NCBI GenBank assembly: GCA_010405405.1
Contig: MU004238.1
Span: forward strand, 817,530 to 881,529
Reading direction: 5' to 3'
Length of the DNA stretch: 64,000 nt
Source of the DNA: Microthyrium microscopicum
Taxonomy: Eukaryota
Shown here: one piece after another, positions 1 through 12,795 of the stretch
Layout: the number at the start of each line of letters is the position of its first letter
Numbering within the stretch: position 1 is the first letter of the stretch
The notes under the pieces: model-generated
The model's database searches: none
What the model was told of the DNA's origin: nothing
The model's input: the letters and a program-made list of their open reading frames with translations, nothing else
Made by a program: the position numbers and the translations under genes

Positions 1-1
1 G

Positions 2-445
2 ATTACGAGGATATTGAAGAAGAGGAGATCGAGTTTTTTGCCATTTGCGCATACGAGTAGGCTTGCGACGAGGAGTAGCTATAGTACGTTGTCGAGGCTT
101 TCGCAGAAGTCGGCGAAGGATGCGAAGAGGGGGGATAGTTGGACTAATAGTACACCGCCGAGCTATACAAACATTGATCTTGAAGGTATTGACAGGCACG
201 ATGGGCTTGGGTATTCAGTGAAGATTACGGGCCCGCCACGACCTGAACGTACTGGAAAATTGCGAAAGCGATTCCGGCCGGTCAAGTTGAGTATTCCGTT
301 GAAGACGGCGAGTGTTTCGCGCAAGATGAGTCTTTCGAGTGCAGGCTCCTGGACGTTGGACCGCAGACAGGATGTTTTTGCAGAGACGACGATTAGCATT
401 AGTGAGAGCTGGGAAAGGGAGAACGCAAGGCAAGGGACGAGATGA
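2..445 (+). CDS. 3' end of a gene entering from the left edge; hydrophilic Ser/Arg-rich C-terminal tail, function unknown
   Basis: The frame is open from position 2 to TGA at 443-445 and converges on the urease 3' end. No domain recognised. Confidence 0.4.
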   Translation: MTRILKKRRSSFLPFAHTSRLATRSSYSTLSRLSQKSAKDAKRGDSWTNSTPPSYTNIDLEGIDRHDGLGYSVKITGPPRPERTGKLRKRFRPVKLSIPLKTASVSRKMSLSSAGSWTLDRRQDVFAETTISISESWERENARQGTR

Positions 446-573
446 TTGTATGACTTGGTGAATGACCTGGGGGTTTAGGAGGAGTTGGGAGGCAATATTG
501 TCGATACCTTATTATGATATGATGAATTTACACAAAGCTCCATATGAAATATTTGGCAACTTTCGCTAAGGGA

Positions 574-3326
574 TCAATAAACAAAATATGCCTGACTCAA
601 CGGTAACGTCTCCGACGGCTCCGCCGTACACACTTCTCCATCTGCCTCGACAGTCTATCACGCGTTAGCAAAAGGTCTACTGCTACGAAAAATGTACTCA
701 CATATCGTTCCGGATCTACCTTCATCTTTGGCATAGCATCATTATACTTCATATCCTTCTTGCCCACCGTCCGACATCCCTTGACAGCCTCAATCCTCTT
801 TCGCAGACCGTACGTCTCAATCACACCACTTGCGATACTCGCCTGACTCACAAATGTCACACTAGTACTCGGCACCAAAGGCGCAAACATAGGCCGCATA
901 ATCACAGGCTCCACCGTCGGGATACTCGCGTTGGGATCACCCATCTGCGCATAACTCACCATACCGCTCTTGAGCACTAACTTCGGCTTAACACCGAAAT
1001 TTGCTGGCGTCCACAGTACAAGATCAGCCAACTTGCCCACCTCTACACTGCCAAGCAGATGGCCCATACCCTGCGCCAGTGCCGGGTTGATGGTGTATTT
1101 GGAAATGTAGCGCTTCACCCGTGTGTTGTCTGCGTCAGAGCCAGCGTCTTCAGGCAGTGTGCCGCGTTGTACTTTGTTCTTGTGGGCAGTGTGCCAGGTA
1201 CGTAGGATGACTTCGCCACAGCGGCCCATGGCTTGCGAGTCGGAGGACATCATGCTGATGGCACCGAGATCGTGCAGGACGTCTTCGGCGGCGATTGTCT
1301 CAGCGCGGATTCGGGATTCGGCAAAGGCGACGTCTTCGGGGATGTTGCGGGATAAGTGATGGCAAACCATTAACATGTCGAGATGCTCGTCCAACGTGTT
1401 GCGCGTGTATGGCCTTGTGGGATTGGTGCTGGATGGAAGGACGTTGGGGTGCTCGACGACGGAGATAATGTCCGGCGCGTGGCCACCACCTGCACCTTCA
1501 GTGTGATAGGTATGAATGGTACGGCCTTTGAAGGCATCGACGGTGGTTTCGACAAAGCCAGATTCGTTCAGGGTGTCGGTATGGATTAGGCACTGGACGT
1601 CCATTTCATCGCAGACGGTGAGACAGGCGTCAATTGCAGCTGGAGTAGTGCCCCAATCTTCGTGGAGTTTGAGACCGACGACACCGGCTTCAACTTGCTC
1701 TCTGAGTGGCACTGGTGACGAGTCGTTGCCTTTGCCTGTGATACCATAGTTGACTGGTAGTTCGTCAATTGCCTGAAGCATTTGACGAATGTGTGTTGCG
1801 CCAGGAGTGCATGTAGTAGCGCATGTTCCAGTACTATATCTCGTCAGCTGTTGGAACACATATACGGAACAATACTCACCTTGGACCCGTTCCTCCACCC
1901 AACATCGTAGTAACACCAGAAGCAATCGACTCGTACGCCTGCTGCGGACAAATAAAATGAATATGCGAATCCAGCCCACCAGCCGTAAGAATCAGCTTCT
2001 CGCCTGCAACCACATCCGTACACGATCCAACCACCAAATTAGGATTGACTCCATCCATGACATCTGGATTACCAGCTTTGCCTATACCCACAATCATGCC
2101 ATGCTTGATACCGACATCTGCCTTGTAGATGCCCGACCAGTCAATGATCAACGCATTCGTTATGACCGTATCTAGCGTCTCCTTATCTGATCGTCCACTC
2201 GCCTGTCCCATGCCCTCACGTAGCGTCTTTCCACCACCAAACGAGCACTCATCGCCATATCGCGTATAGTCCTTTTCGACACGAATCCACAGATCCGTCG
2301 CCGCTAATCGTATCAGATCTCCAGTCGTTGGTCCAAACATACTGGCGTATGCTTCACGACTCATAGTTGCTGCCTCTATAAGTACCGAATCGCTGGCTGG
2401 CTCTGGTACATGCGCAAAGCCCATTTGTGCTGCGCGCTCCGCAAAGTTCTCAATGGCTAGGTCGATGGGCCCGTTGGCCAAAGTGTTGCCGCCCCGCACG
2501 ACTTGGTGGCCTGCAATTTGAACTAACGTAACTGTCTTTGCATCACCAGGCTCGAAACGCACTGACGTGCCTGCCGCAATATCTAGTCTGAAACCGCGCG
2601 CACGCACACGATCAAAGGCTAATTGGCCATTCGTCTCGGCAAATGGATAATGTGAGCCAACTTGGATCGGCCTGTCACCGCGACTTGTGACTTTGAGTGT
2701 TATGCGCTTCCGGCCTGGATTGAGCTCTACACGCTGATTCTTGACCACGACGAGCGCACCAGGGCGAGCTTCCGATGCGAAAGCGGCGGCATCGACAGCT
2801 GGAAAGACGGAGGCGTCGGGAATAGGAAGGAAGCTGCCGTAGAGAGCCTTGGAGAGATCGCCATCATCTGTACTGACGGGGTGATGGACAGTGACGAGAT
2901 AGGTTCCGGTGGGGAAGGTGCCTTCGATTTGTAGCTCTGTAAGCGAATGGACTACGGCGGGCAGGACATGGCGGCGACCAAGCATGGTCTTGCCAATGGA
3001 CATGAGGTCGGCGACTGTATGGTTGCCATCGCGGACAAGCTGGAAGCGTTAGAGTTGCGATTTATACTGGATGCTAGTAGTACTTCTTGGAGATTGTTGG
3101 CTATTAGCGCCTAGTGAATACAATGTTAGTCCAGAGAGCTTGATTTATGACTTTCACAACTTACAGAAGCTTCAGCATGATTTAGTCTCACGCCTCGAGC
3201 CAGTCGGCGCTGAGCAAGCAGGCCGAGCTGGGTAATGACCAGCTTGTCGAGCTGTATGAGTTAGTATAGAGCCACATATCCGAAGCTATAGACGGAACAA
3301 CCGACTTCTTTTGGTTCGAGCTGCAT
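574..3326 (-). CDS. URE1: Urease, fused gamma-beta-alpha fungal type, spliced
   Basis: ATG at 3326 ([35 protein letters not shown]). Beta motif [13 protein letters not shown]. Nickel-site motifs [41 protein letters not shown]. Last exon [26 protein letters not shown] with stop at 574-576. Five GT-AG introns. Confidence 0.98.
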
Positions 3327-4143
3327 GGTGTCACTCTTCAGAACTCAATTGATCACAAGAGAGTTTGAATATCTGTGTTGAAAGAGTAAATATGGGCAGC
3401 GGTTCAAAGGAAGATCTCAAGGTGGAGTTGAAGCTGGCCCCTGCCAAAACCAACCCCCGCTCAGAAATGCACCGCGATAAGGCTGCATTTGCCAATGGTC
3501 CGATAGCGCAGGATGGGCTAATTTAGTGGCTCGTGTATGGTTTGAAGCTGTGTTTACACTGAAAGGCGTATATTCTACTCGCTAAAGGTTGTAATGGATG
3601 CCTCATAAGTATGCGATTGGCGACTGAACTACTTCTTATCTTCTTTTGCTCCAGTTTGTTGGACAGTACGATCCATTTCATGCAAGCACTGTGTGAAAAG
3701 CTTGATAGACGCCGCTGCATGCTGCACGCCTACTCATTGTCGCAATATCCAAACTAGGAAAGATGTAAACATTGCATTCAAGCGCGACAAGTACATACAT
3801 TGCTCGCTTTGGGTCTATCGCGATACCATCAATATCATCTTCTCCTAGTCAATCGTAAAATATATCCAGAAGGAACAAAAAGGGGAATAATGAAGAACCT
3901 GGGAATAATAAGAGCATAAAACCGGAATTTCAGCACAAAACAATAAGCCGCCTCCCATTATCACCAACGCCAGCCTTGGGAATCGATATGAACAATGACA
4001 AGAGACTCCCATCTTGAAACAAACAAGAAATGTTACAAACCGCCAATATACCAACTTGCACATAAAAGTACAGTTGCCAGCTAGTAGTAGCAGAAGATGT
4101 CAAACTCCTTATATATTCTTTATACCACCGACCAGATCCCATT

Positions 4144-5481
4144 CTACTCTTTCTTGGATCTCTTCTTCTTCTCTTTGCCTTCTTTGACGGGTTTGGCATC
4201 GACTGCAGGCTTAGCATCTGGCTCCTCAGCATCAGCACCCTTTGCCTTACGAGACTTCTTCTTCTTTGGTTGCTCATCTGCCTTTGCCTCGTTCGATGTT
4301 GCCTTGCGCTTGCCACTGCCGGTATTACTGGATGATGGCACAACTGGCTCAGAGCCTGGCAAAGGCACAGCGGAGGCTGTTGGCCGTTGAAGAAGCTGTG
4401 CTGAAGGGCTTGGACTGCTCTGAGTCTGTGGCTTTGCGGTCGTTGTAGTGGTCTTCTTTGGCTTTGCAGCTTTGGCGGCTTTCGCGGATTTGACAGGAGG
4501 GGCGGTGGTAGCCTCATCATCCGAAGAGTCACTGTCGTCATCATCGTCTGCTACAGCACCAGCAATGGCGTCTTCGGGTTCTTCATGAGCTTCGTCGTCT
4601 TCTTCGGGTGCGGCAGCTTGGCCAAGTGTATCGCGGTAGACCTGAAGTTCAGCGCGATAAGCATCGGCATTCTTTTCGTAGACTTGTTTCCAGTTCTGCT
4701 GATGGATTAGAACAAGCGCGTCAACAACCATGGGTCAGTACTTACGTGTCGCTCTCCATCTGGCATTTCCTTCCAGCGCTTCAAGATTTCTTCGCTTATT
4801 TGGTTCGCTGAGGGAACAAGATGCTGATTCTCAAAATCCGCCTTTACAACTGGCCTCGCGCTCTTCGCGTACAAAAAGTAGGCAGTCAATGGCCGTTTTG
4901 GCGCGTTAGGATCGCGCGCTTTACGCTGCTTAGTTGGCTTGCGTTTCTTGTCGGTCGATTCGTGTAATGTGCTGGTCAAAGGATTGCTCGAGTTGGTTCC
5001 AAAAAGATTTGACATGGCGCTTATGTCCAGCGCCGGAGGAAGACCAGTCATCTCTGCTCCAACCCATTTGTTAGTGTGTTGGATGTAACTACGACTGAAT
5101 TCGTTGATGGCGGAAGATATGTTGGAAAGACCTGTGACGAGCTATAAAGCAGAGTAAGCATTGCGCTGATAGAAGATGTGTTGACGCGTATAAGTGGCAG
5201 ATCATAACAGAAGCGCATTGGGGGACAAGACACGAGTCCTCATATGATCGGGATGGTGCAGGTATGGGAAGAAAATGAGAGAGCCGGAGTAGCAGAAAAC
5301 GCGTATTGATGGTCACAATCTGCATTGACGCGACAAGTAAAAACTTCAGAACAGAATACGCGATACATACCTGTTCTCTAGTACGAAGCAATTCGTCCAC
5401 GTTGATGGTGATAGTTTGGGGCGCAGGAGCTGGTTCAGCTCGAGGCTCTGCGGCCTTGGAACTAGTTGGTTTGGCGGCCAT
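4144..5481 (-). CDS. HMG-box chromatin protein (Hmo1/Nhp6-like) with acidic and Lys-rich tail, 3 exons
   Basis: ATG at 5481 (MAAKPTSS...ITINVDELLRTREQ). Exon 2 reads LVTGLSNISSAINEFSRSYIQHTN. HMG box RDPNAPKRPLTAYFLY...ISEEILKRWKEM spliced to NWKQVYEKNADAY. Ends KKKRSKKE. Confidence 0.9.
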
Positions 5482-6369
5482 TTTGCGCGGAGTGGATTGA
5501 TTTGGTTTGTAGAACTCAAAAGTGGTGGTGAGTGCTGGTAGAGGGACTGATGAGGCTACGATAGTGGGTTGTGATGGCGGTTTGCGCAGGGAGGATGGGG
5601 GAGTGGATGAGTAGAGGCCAGTGGAGGTGTTCAGGGAGGGAGAAGGAAGCAGCGTCGCTAAATCAGAGAGGCTGGGGGGCATTTTTGTGGTTGCAAAGGG
5701 ATGGAGGGCAGCGAACATCACTGGGCGGGCCTTTGTTTTTGCTGGCGCGGGACCTGAGCGAGCCTGCTCCTTCTCTTGGTTTGGTGAGGGATTGGCGGTA
5801 GTTCGGCAACGGCGAGCACCTAACGTAAGCTGCACTGTGGTTTGGTGGTCGAGCTGCCCAACGAGAGAGCTCTGTGGACCACACACAAGGATTGTGGAAT
5901 TGACGCTAAAGGGGCCCCGGATGCCCACTAAAACCTCCGCTTTGGGTACACACACGCCGCAGATAAGGTGCTAAACCGTCCTTTGAGCGACGATTACTGG
6001 TTGCCGGGTTTCAAACGGGGAGTAGGTGGTGTGGTGATACGGAGAAAAGCGGTGGACCTCCGCTAAAGTTTTGGAGGTTGTTTTGAGCCTCACAGTGCAG
6101 TCAGCGCAAGCTTGGATTTAGTGAGAAAAATAATTAGGTGTCAAGGTTTATCAGTGGCTCTTTCCACTGTTTCGCTCTTTGAACTGGGCTCCTGTTTCCT
6201 CGCTGTTCAGTACGCACCTTCCTTGATAGGCCTATCATCCCCACTGCCTTTATTGGCTTCTTCCAGCGTTATTGCCTCACTATCTCACTCTATCGTAGCC
6301 ATCAACTGCTAGCGGTTCAAGGATTTTTGCTAATTGCTATACTTTCTTCCCCAAAAATATATCTCCAAC

Positions 6370-7424
6370 TCAATTCGAACCACTCAAATTCCCACTAACA
6401 AATACCACAAGCACTGCTGCGTACCTTGGAAGCCAGTTAGCCAGGACATATTTGATCGATATGCTACTCACGCTGCTGTCGCGGCAAATATTTCTGACCG
6501 TTTAGCCGTTGTAAGAAGACCAACACTGCCCGCAAACACTACCATGAAGACCGCGACCAAAGCTATTTTCGTTGCTGGCCTAGAGACTATATGCAGACTG
6601 ATGATTGCCACGAGTAGAAGGATCACAGCCATCGCGATACTGATGATACTGACGACACGAGTTATACGTTTTTCAGATATGTATACTGTATCATCTGTTC
6701 TTCGACCAGACTACGATGATGGTCAGTTATTTATGCACTGCAAAGTACTGCTCAACGAGCTGTGAGTATGACATACCGTGAAAAGTACGGGCAGGTAGTG
6801 GTGCATAAATTGGGTCAATCGATCTTGCTCTCCGGGGTGATTCAGAAGTACCAGATCATCATTGCTAGAATACATATCCTGACTGCTTCCAGTGAGGATC
6901 GAGTATTCGTTATTTTGGTCGTCTTTACGATATAGAGCATGTCTGATAGCTTCGAATGTTCGTTTTGGTGGTGGTTTGATGGACGCCATTGTGCTCTCGA
7001 AAAGCAGCGCTTCCCCTATTACACATAAGACTGATGTTCAGTTACGCATAAATATCAACTCACGATACTCTTTTAGTTTTACTCGAATGTCCTTGGCCAA
7101 GTCGACCCTCTCTTGCTGCTTCGCATCTCCCGCCTTTGCCATTTCTTGCGACTTGAGCCAGCTCATAGCACATCCTTTCATCTCTCGGCCGGCTTTTATA
7201 GATCTATCTTCTTCATCAAAACTTTCTTGTTTCTTCTTCAGCTCAGCTAATTCGCTTTGGAGATATAGAAGATTGCGGACCGCTAGATCGTCGAACCTTC
7301 TGAAGACCAGCGTCGTTCGATCATGGTCGCTTGTGATGAACCTCGTCAAAGAAGGATAGCCATGTAGAGTTTGGATTTCGAGTTTTCCGGCGTCTGACTC
7401 TATATCCGTATTCTTTCTGCCCAT
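6370..7424 (-). CDS. DUF6594-family membrane protein, spliced
   Basis: Typical N-terminal motif GYPSLTRFITSD...VFRRFDDLAVRNLLYLQSELAEL. C-terminal transmembrane helices end EIFAATAA/YAAVLVVFVSGNLSGSN with stop at 6370-6372. Confidence 0.85.
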
Positions 7425-7822
7425 AGAGTGAATTGCGATATGACAATACCTACTGGAGACAGTCTACAAACACAGACATCAGCCTGGTAGCTATGGATGT
7501 CTAAGAACTGTGATAGTTGGAGATGGGCAGAAGCTGACGACAACAGCTGGCCGCAATTGGACAATGAACAGTGAGGCGCATTCTAAGGCACTCGAGTATA
7601 AATACTCCGCCCCTCTCCTTCTTCACTGATTAGAACATACGCATTATTCTCCAGCTTCGCCAAGAATCTATTTCTCTCCATTTCGATTCGGTTCTACGTG
7701 TATTACAAAATATTTCATTCACGTTACCAATACCACAAGACTACACTATGTCGCAGCTCTTCCTGTCCATACATTGACGACGATGAGCCACTGACAGATC
7801 CTGCTGCCCAAGCCGCTGCGCA

Positions 7823-10666
7823 ATGGAAAGGATCGAATACCGAATGGCTCAGATCACCGCCAACAGAGAAAGTCCCTCCTCCGGCAACATACCCTTTACC
7901 TGGAGATGTGCTTTGTGCAATCTAAAAAGTTCCCAGTCGGACGAGGATAGCTTCCGGCGCCATATCGACGTGATACATTATGACGAAGTTGAGCTACGGT
8001 CTAGTCGCTCGACTGAGGAGTTGAATGCGTGGCGTAAAGAACTACTCGACCAAGGAATTCCTAATCAGTGAGTTTCAAATTCCAGGACCCATTTGATGAC
8101 ACACACCTACATGGAACACAGATCGCTAATAACATCTTCAGTGTGCACGAGGCCATAGCACGGGCACCAGGAGTTGCTCCTCCAGTCAAGACCGCTTCTT
8201 TTGGGTCAGATTTTCAGAAACTCACGGTTGGAATAGAAGATGTAGCAGAGAAGGTACCCAGCCTTTCCTCTCAACCGAAAGCCAGGAGAGACGGCCGAGA
8301 GCAGTTGGCTACTGAAGTGCGAAGTATGTACGTACCTTCCGGATACTTATGAGCTCTTTAAGGTTATACAATAACTAATGGTTTTTGAAGCTATAATGGT
8401 CTCACAGCTCTTGAATCTCGTTGTATAAAACTAGATCAGGAGCTGACTACATGCTCAGAGAAAGGCCCAATACCCCCTGATGTGTGGAGGGCACTAATAG
8501 TAATCCATCGTGCTCTTCTAAACGAGCATCACGACTTCTTTCTTGCTAGTAAGTTCTATCTTATCTCTGCTAATAGTTTGGCAATATCTATTGCTATGCT
8601 AAGTATGATGAAGTGCTTCTAGAGGTAACTTCTTCAGACTTGCAATAGACCAACGACATATTCAGAAGGATTTTTCTTCGTACTTACTATTCCAGGTCAA
8701 CACCCTTCAGCAACTCCGCCATTTCACAGACTTGCAGTCAAATATAACATGCCGGCGAGGATGTGGAAACACGGTGAGAATAGCCCACGTAAAACTTCTT
8801 CTCGTTCAAAGCAGTAAAACTAACATATTAGGTACCTAGGTATTCATAGTTTTCTTAAACTGCTCAGGCATCAACTCCCCGCCTCTTTAGAGTTTATGAT
8901 TTCGTTCATCTATCTAGCGCATCAGATGATGTCTTTACTCCTTGAGACCGTCCCTGCGTTTGGAGACACATGGATCGAGTGCCTTGGCGACGTCTCGAGA
9001 TACCGCATGGCTATAGAAGAAGACGACCCTAGAGATCGACAGACATGGTCAAATGTTGCCAAGTACTGGTATCCTAAAGCTGCAGATCGAATACCAGATA
9101 ATGCACGAGCCAGACGACTACACCATTCTTTGTTTATGATAGCTCGTGCAGATGCTCTACAGCAAGCATTCGTATATTCTGAGGTGGACCGTTGCTTCCA
9201 AGCGCGAAACAGCCTCCTATGCCTCCCCAGGGAAGGCGATCATCGCCCATCGATTTTGAAGAGACCGCAGCCAAAAGGTCTCCCAATTCAGTTTCATTCC
9301 ACAACAAAGCACACAGTCATTATGACGAAATACGATACCGGAACGGCTGCAAACCACATGACACTAGCACAAGCGACTGAGCTAGGTTTACATGTCGACA
9401 GCAATCCAAATATCAATTGCAGATTCAAGCTCGCCAACGGCAAAATCATCGAGTCCATAGGGCAGACCTCGACTGAAGTGTCCTTCGCAAATGGACCCAA
9501 CCAAGCTGGAAGAATGACATGTCATTTCAACGTCTTCAAGAGTCTGGCAGTCCCAGTGTTGATCGGCAAGAAGTTCTTGGAGGCGACCAAAACGCTGTCC
9601 AAATACCGATCCAGATTGGTCGACTTGCCCAGACGGATGCTCCGCTCCCTCAGAGTTTGTGCTGTCGGTGATGTCGAAAATGAAGTAGTCTGCGTCATCA
9701 ACGGTATAGAAGTTCGTGCAAGCGCAGACACTGGATCGGAGATTCCATTGATGAGAGGCGATTACGCGCGTTCTCGTGGAATTTACTCACCTCATGGGGT
9801 AGAAGAAATCCAATTCGCGGACGGAAGTATAGGTTATACCTCAGGAACTGCCAATGTCACGATTTCTATGGAACATGAGTCTGGAAATTCCTCGATAGAT
9901 TTGCGAACGACTTTCCATATCTTTGAAGACCTGAGCATGAACGTTTTGTTGGATGAGTACCTGGTTGACCAGCTGGAAATCTTCCAGCTCAAGGCCCATA
10001 GGTTCCTGGCTGGAATAGAGAGGCTTTTCGAAAGCCTTTGTCCGGTTATATGGCTGCGAAGTGTGGAAAAAACCATCCTAGATATCCCTGATCGACTGTC
10101 CAGGCTCGCTGGAGGACTGAGAGATCGTATGGGCTTCGCGAACGGGAACCAAATACTGCCGCAATCCAGTATGCATAATCCTTACATTGTGGATAACATC
10201 GGAGCTTGACTAACTGAACTTTCCAGATCATAACATTGCGCCAGAAATCACTGAAATGGAGCTTATTCACCAGTTGAATGCGCTCAATCAGCAAGAAAGT
10301 ACTAGTAGAGCTGCATTTCAACAGCAAATCAGTAACTTACCACCGGATATGCAGAGCATGGCGACGCAAGCGGAACACACGCGGCGAGCCAACTTCAAGA
10401 TGAAACGAAACGACATGATCCGTTCTGTTCAGGCCATAGAGATTACGCTTCTCAAGCGGTTGAATATGCTCGACCAGCAAGAAACTGCTAGCAGAGCTGC
10501 TAGTGACCAAAGCATCGGCAATCTGACAGCAGGATTACAAGCAGCGGCAAGGCAAGCTGAAATGACCCGGCAGGCTGATTACGATCAAAAAAGAAACGAT
10601 CTGATCAATTCCATTCAAGTTTTGCAGCTTAGCCAGTCTTCAATTCCTGGCTTGATCGATCCATAG
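7823..10666 (+). CDS. Multi-exon fusion: C2H2-like finger + truncated Est1/SMG6-like helical domain + two retropepsin-like (DTG) aspartic protease domains + duplicated coiled-coil tail
   Basis: Spliced reading: WRCALC...FRRHIDVIH; EQLATEVRSIYNGLTALESRCI; LLNEHHDFFLASQHPSA; YNMPARMWKHGIHSFLKLLR; TWIECLGDVSRYRMAIEEDD; then KYDTGTAANHM and SADTGSEIPLM. Intron donors near 8068, 8328, 8548, 8774 and 10169 join these exons in frame. Start codon uncertain. Confidence 0.75.
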
Positions 10667-10985
10667 CACTCTTCGTCCAATTTCATCTGTTGCTCTGAGA
10701 CGATGCCTCTGGTTCGGTTTCTTTCACACGTATTCACTTGCACGTCTTCACGAATGTGACGATATGTTTGTGGTGTTTTTGTTTGACTTCTCTCAGGTTA
10801 TTGATTTCTTAGTGGTCTTCCAACTTTTCCTTTAAGCATTGATTAGTATAGAGTTCAGCAATACCAACCTACTAGGGACTCATTGTCCAGCCAAATGAAC
10901 AGGTCGCAATCCGCGCCATTTTAACGCCTAGCTTAGCTCTTACCCAAATAGGTCAAGTTATCCAGCCCAATCTTTGCTCTCACAA

Positions 10986-11545
10986 TCACTTATACTCCAT
11001 CTGTCCAGGTGGCGGTGGAGGCGGTCCTTCAGGTCCCTTAGGACCAGGCGGCTGCATCTGATATTGTTGTTGCGCTCCATGTGCTTGGCCACCGGTCACG
11101 TCAGGCCGAAACTTGATATCTTGATAGAAATTGCAGATGTGGCAGCCGATTTCCTACAACACAGTTAAGTCCGCCTATATCTAGCTCGTGTAGGATCGTA
11201 TACCTTCCAGGGTTTCAGCGAGAAGGGTACTAAAGGCTATGAATCGTCAGCGGTGCTTTGATTGGTAGTTGGATGCTGTTCGAGTGACGTACGACGAAGC
11301 AAAATGTGAACCACTCCCTAAATCGTTATATGAACGTTAGCGTTGCCAGATCGTATCTCCTTCGTTGGGATTGACGGACCATCGCTTGAATACGCGTCCT
11401 GACATGTTCCCGCAATTGTGGCACGGTACTGTGACATTCTCGTAGCCCTTAAGCGGCGATGTGAACGCTATGCGCGTTAGTCTTGTAGGTTTCTAGCAGG
11501 TATGGAGGTCATACTATGCGTTCCGCAGGTGAAGAAGAAGAACAT
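10986..11545 (-). CDS. Small zinc-ribbon protein (zinc_ribbon_15-like), 5 exons, missed by the ORF track
   Basis: Spliced product MFFFFTCGTHTFTSPLKGYENVTVPCHNCGNMSGRVFKRWEWFTFCFVPLVPFSLKPWKEIGCHICNFYQDIKFRPDV...PPPPPPGQMEYK. Two CxxC pairs and four GT-AG introns. Confidence 0.88.
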
Positions 11546-12795
11546 AATGTATGATCGTATGCGCTACGAGTACTAGAAATGGTGGCAATGAGGAGGTATT
11601 CGATGCGTAGCGATGCTTGTGAGATGGAGGATGGTAGTAGTGTTGAATGCTGTACGGGAGATCAAGAGGATGTTATGACGAGGTTGTTATTGTTGTCAGG
11701 TCGGTCAGGCAGGAGGCATCTGGATTCGGAGAATAATTAATTTAATGCAAGTCCATCTTTGCCCTTGTAGCAAGAGCTCACTGGATGAAGTGAAGTTAGT
11801 GACGGAATAGGCTAGTAACGCCTGGACCACGCGTCGGATTGGCTGCGCCACCAACCAAGAGTTCTTGGACTCTTGGATGCATTGCAGCTGTCGCGCGTCC
11901 TCCAGTCGTTTTGCTGCAGGATCCGCCGCTTTCTCGACGATCACTAGCTAAATTTCGAAGAAAACAACAACTTCGTGACCAAAACTACTTTTTGCTCTAA
12001 CTCTACTACCACTACGAATTACTATCTAATAAATACTATAAAATACTTCTTTAGCTTTAAAGAATTTTGCCTAACTCTTTTTAATAATAAATAAGGTAGC
12101 GTAGTAACCTATTATAAATATTAAAGATCTAAACTTATAGATATATAGATCTAATATTATTATAAAAATTAATAATATTATTAAATTTATTTATAATACT
12201 ATAGAAAATAAAAAAAAATTATATCTTTAGTATAAATTAAGACTACTACTTTACTTTATTAATAATTATTTTAAAAAATAAGAATAAGAATCTACTATAA
12301 GTAATATTCTAAAGGCTATTAACTAGATTAAAGAAAATACTAATATATTAAAAACTAACGTAAAGGCTATTAAATATAATATTAATGCGCCTAAACCTAA
12401 TACTAAAAGCCTTAATATTAAACCTTAAGAAGTATATATTTAAGTTAATATAGTAGCCTTAGCTTTATTACCTTCTTTAATCTAATCTAAACTAACGTTA
12501 ATCTCTTCCTTTAGTAACGTGTTTAAATACTATATTTTAATAGTATGTATTAATAATAAAGAATAGTCTTCTATATTCTATACTACTAAGAACTATAAAT
12601 AAGATATTATTAAAAAGGCTAATAAGAAAATCTAAAACTTCTCCTTCTTTCTTTTTTATTAAGTTAAACTTATTACTACTTACTTCTTTCTAAATAGAAA
12701 CGTATAGCTATTTATTAAAATAGTTATATAAGTAAAGATTCTCTAAATTTATAAGAAAAAATAGTAAAAGGCTATAGATATATATATAAATATAT

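Noticed and set aside
1123..2934. Several plus-strand ORFs overlapping urease (similar shadow ORFs over the HMG, MRD1 and abaA genes)
   Set aside because: They are antisense or alternate-frame shadows of well-supported genes.
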